From NCBI RefSeq assembly GCF_004010195.1, contig NC_057719.1:56306123-56357478 (forward strand): 51,356 bases of DNA. Reading direction: 5' to 3'. The DNA is from Chiloscyllium plagiosum (Eukaryota). The notes under the pieces are model-generated. The model saw nothing but the letters and a program-made list of their open reading frames with translations, was not told the origin of the DNA and made no database searches. Made by a program: the position numbers and the translations under genes. The stretch's first letter is position 1. Each line of letters starts with the position of its first letter. Of this stretch, positions 49,158-51,356 are shown in pieces.

Positions 49158-49644
49158 GTTGCTGGAAAAGCACAACAGGTCAGGCAGCATCCGAGGAGCA
49201 GGTAAAATCAACGCCTGGAGAAAGAACGCCTTATCTTCCGCCTCGGGACCCTCCAACCCCAGGGCGTCAATGTGGACTTCATCAGTTTCCTCAATTCCCC
49301 TCTCCCCACCTTACCCCAATTCCAACCTTCCACTCAGCACCGCCTCATGACCTGTCCCACCTGTCAATCTTCCTTTCTACCCATCCATTCCACCCTCCTC
49401 TCCGATTTATCACCTTTATCCCCACCTCCATCCACCTCTTGCACTCTCAGCTACCTTCTTCCAGTCCCAGCTCCCTCCCATTTATCTCTCCACCCCCGAG
49501 GCTTCCAGCGTCATTCCTGATGACGGGCTCCAGCCCAAAACGTCGATTTTCCTGCTCCTTGGATGCTGCCTGACCTGCTGTGTTTTTCTATCAACACACT
49601 TTCGACTCTAATCTCCAGCATCTGCAAATCTCACTATCTCCTAG
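49158..49644 (+). mobile_element. 5'-truncated Penelope-like element with a short inverted arm
   Basis: 12-bp TSD TATTGTGAGTTT at 49146-49157 and 49645-49656. Inverted tail 49158-49212, then RLEKERLIFRLGTLQPQGVNVDF, a C-rich tail and the hammerhead-like CTGATGA-CGGGCTCCAGCCC-AAAAC-GTC (49517-49544). Confidence 0.88.
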
Positions 49645-49914
49645 TATTGTGAGTTTATCAAGTGTAGGTGGCTGACTACGGTCATAACCCCACTTATTGC
49701 AAACAGCCAAAGGGCTATGTTGCCTGATACGATTTGCCAGTCTTCAGAACACATAGCATAGCATCTCACCAGCACTGAAATTTACAAATTACTTATCTAT
49801 GTGAAAGGCATAACACTTATTGGCTTGACAGCAACATCCAGTTAATGACGAAATTCACTCACCTAGCTACTACATAACAGCAATGTGTCAACAATTAGTT
49901 TTACCTGTTAAGAC

Positions 49915-50200
49915 CATTAGACGTATGAACAGAACCTGGCTATTTGTCTATTCTGCTATTCATTAAGATCAGGCCTGAACTGATCATTCTTAACTGCACA
50001 TCCCTGCCTTTTCCTTGTAACCTTTGATTCCTTCACTGATTAAAAGTCTGTGACAGCCTTAATGTCCAAGTCTTGAAAGCCTTCTGCAGTAAAGAATTCC
50101 ATAGATACACTACCATCTGAAAGAAGAAAATTTTCCTTATTGTGGTCTTAAATGTGTGACCTCTTATTCTGAAATTATGCCCTCTGGTGCTAGACTCTTA
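49915..50200 (-). mobile_element. CR1 LINE 3' end
   Basis: Similar to 24605-24960 and 16810-17150. Confidence 0.6.
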
Positions 50201-50614
50201 TCTACCCAGTTGCTAAAATGTTTTAAATACCTTACCTTTCCAGGGTGATTGAAGTAATATGAAGAAAAAATATACAATGTACATAGACTGTGTCTGTTTC
50301 AATGCAACACATGCTGACCACATATGCTAAACCATTAGAGCTGCAGACTCTGAAAACTTCCACCCTTTATCTTTTTCAAAATTAACCCACAGGCCAAAGT
50401 GTTTTTCTTCCAGAAACCAATCACCACACAGAAATCTGTTTTTAATTTTTACTTGAGCTATTTTTCTAAACAATGTGGTCAGAGATGTTATTACACACTT
50501 CTGGAGCAGGTGGGACTTGAACCAGGGCCTCAGTCCAGGGATAGGGATATTACCACCATGGCACAAGCGGGCCCGCACTTCTACATTACTGACTATGTAT
50601 GTCAATTATCCTTT

Positions 50615-50930
50615 CTAAATTTTTTCATGGTATGTGAGCATCACTGTCTCAACCAGCATTTATTGGTCATCCCCAATTCCCCACTGGGTAATTCAGAATC
50701 AACCATATTGCTGAGTCTGGAGTCACATGTAGGTCAGACTTGGGAAAGAAATCAACTGTCCTAGAATTAGATAGCATTTTAGAACAATTGACAGCATCCG
50801 CTTCCCTCCTCCCCAACACCCTCCCATGCCCCCCTGGGTTAGTTCTAAATACCAGATTTTTTTAATTGAATTCTCATTTCACTATCTGCCATTGTGGGAT
50901 TTAAATTCATCTACCATAACATTAATTTCT
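50615..50930 (-). mobile_element. SINE-like element sharing head and tail with the 25540 LINE
   Basis: aatcaaccatattgctgagtctggagtcacatgtaggtcagac is the reverse complement of the core seen at 25730-25775 and 29990-30040. Confidence 0.65.
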
Positions 50931-51059
50931 TAATTCATATATTTATGGCACCAATATTTGTTTGAACCCTGACAGAGAAAATATATTTAATTGTTCATCC
51001 TGGAAAAAGTATTTTTATTTTATGTTATGGTGAATGGAGTATTTGGACTAGAGCACTGA

Positions 51060-51356
51060 TGCATTCCTGTGACCTCACTCATGCATTTCCCCAACTTGCC
51101 CTCGCTCATGCCCCTCCCTACCCTGCCTTTCCTCCTTTCGTAACCCCTCTCTTACCCCATCACCACCTACCTCAACAACTCCCTCACACTCCATCAACCT
51201 GCCTTCTCCTTTTCAACCGTCACCACCCCAACAATCCCACCCCTTTCCCCAAACACCTCTACCCCCTCTCCAAACTCCCTACCCTCTCTTTCTCCCTCCC
51301 CTGCTATTAATCCCTCCCAATTCTCCTTCATCTGTCCTTCCATCCTTCCCTGCCTG
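51060..51356. repeat. C/T-rich low-complexity tract running off the window end
   Basis: About 300 bp that is strongly pyrimidine-biased and G-poor on the + strand. Confidence 0.8.

Noticed and set aside
51059..51310. Pro/His/Leu-rich 83-aa ORF
   Set aside because: Translation of a C/T-rich low-complexity tract.

Overview
Eukaryotic, AT-rich vertebrate genomic DNA, most likely from a shark or other elasmobranch (HE1-type V-SINEs, CR1/HER1-type LINEs and Penelope-like repeats). It holds two + strand genes in the same order as human 14q21: the last three coding exons and 3' UTR of PNN (pinin; 671-826, 907-1045, 8355-9484), and the first six coding exons of MIA2/TALI (24098-24212, 31080-31213, 34968-35054, 36718-41116, 47012-47413, 47515-47618). 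The MIA2 transmembrane/cTAGE5 exons were not found and presumably lie beyond the window. All splice junctions are GT-AG and phase-compatible. Introns and the intergenic spacer are filled with retroelement debris: CR1/L2 LINEs, SINEs, Gypsy gag/protease relics and many Penelope-like insertions with inverted arms, 10-15 bp target-site duplications (TSDs) and minimal hammerhead-ribozyme motifs. The most notable points are: (1) a 4.4 kb MIA2 exon 4, giving a luminal region of at least 1747 aa with a degenerate 30-35 aa repeat array, repeated aromatic motifs and a TANGO1/MIA3-like helical block; (2) a catalytic-core-intact hammerhead motif in sense orientation in the last PNN intron; (3) a ~360 bp fold-back Penelope element in MIA2 intron 3; (4) a near-consensus HNF1 site about 220 bp upstream of the MIA2 ATG. 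I see no prokaryotic-type system and cannot claim a wholly new system. Homology calls come from recalled sequences, not from searches run here, and repeat boundaries are approximate unless a TSD is quoted.
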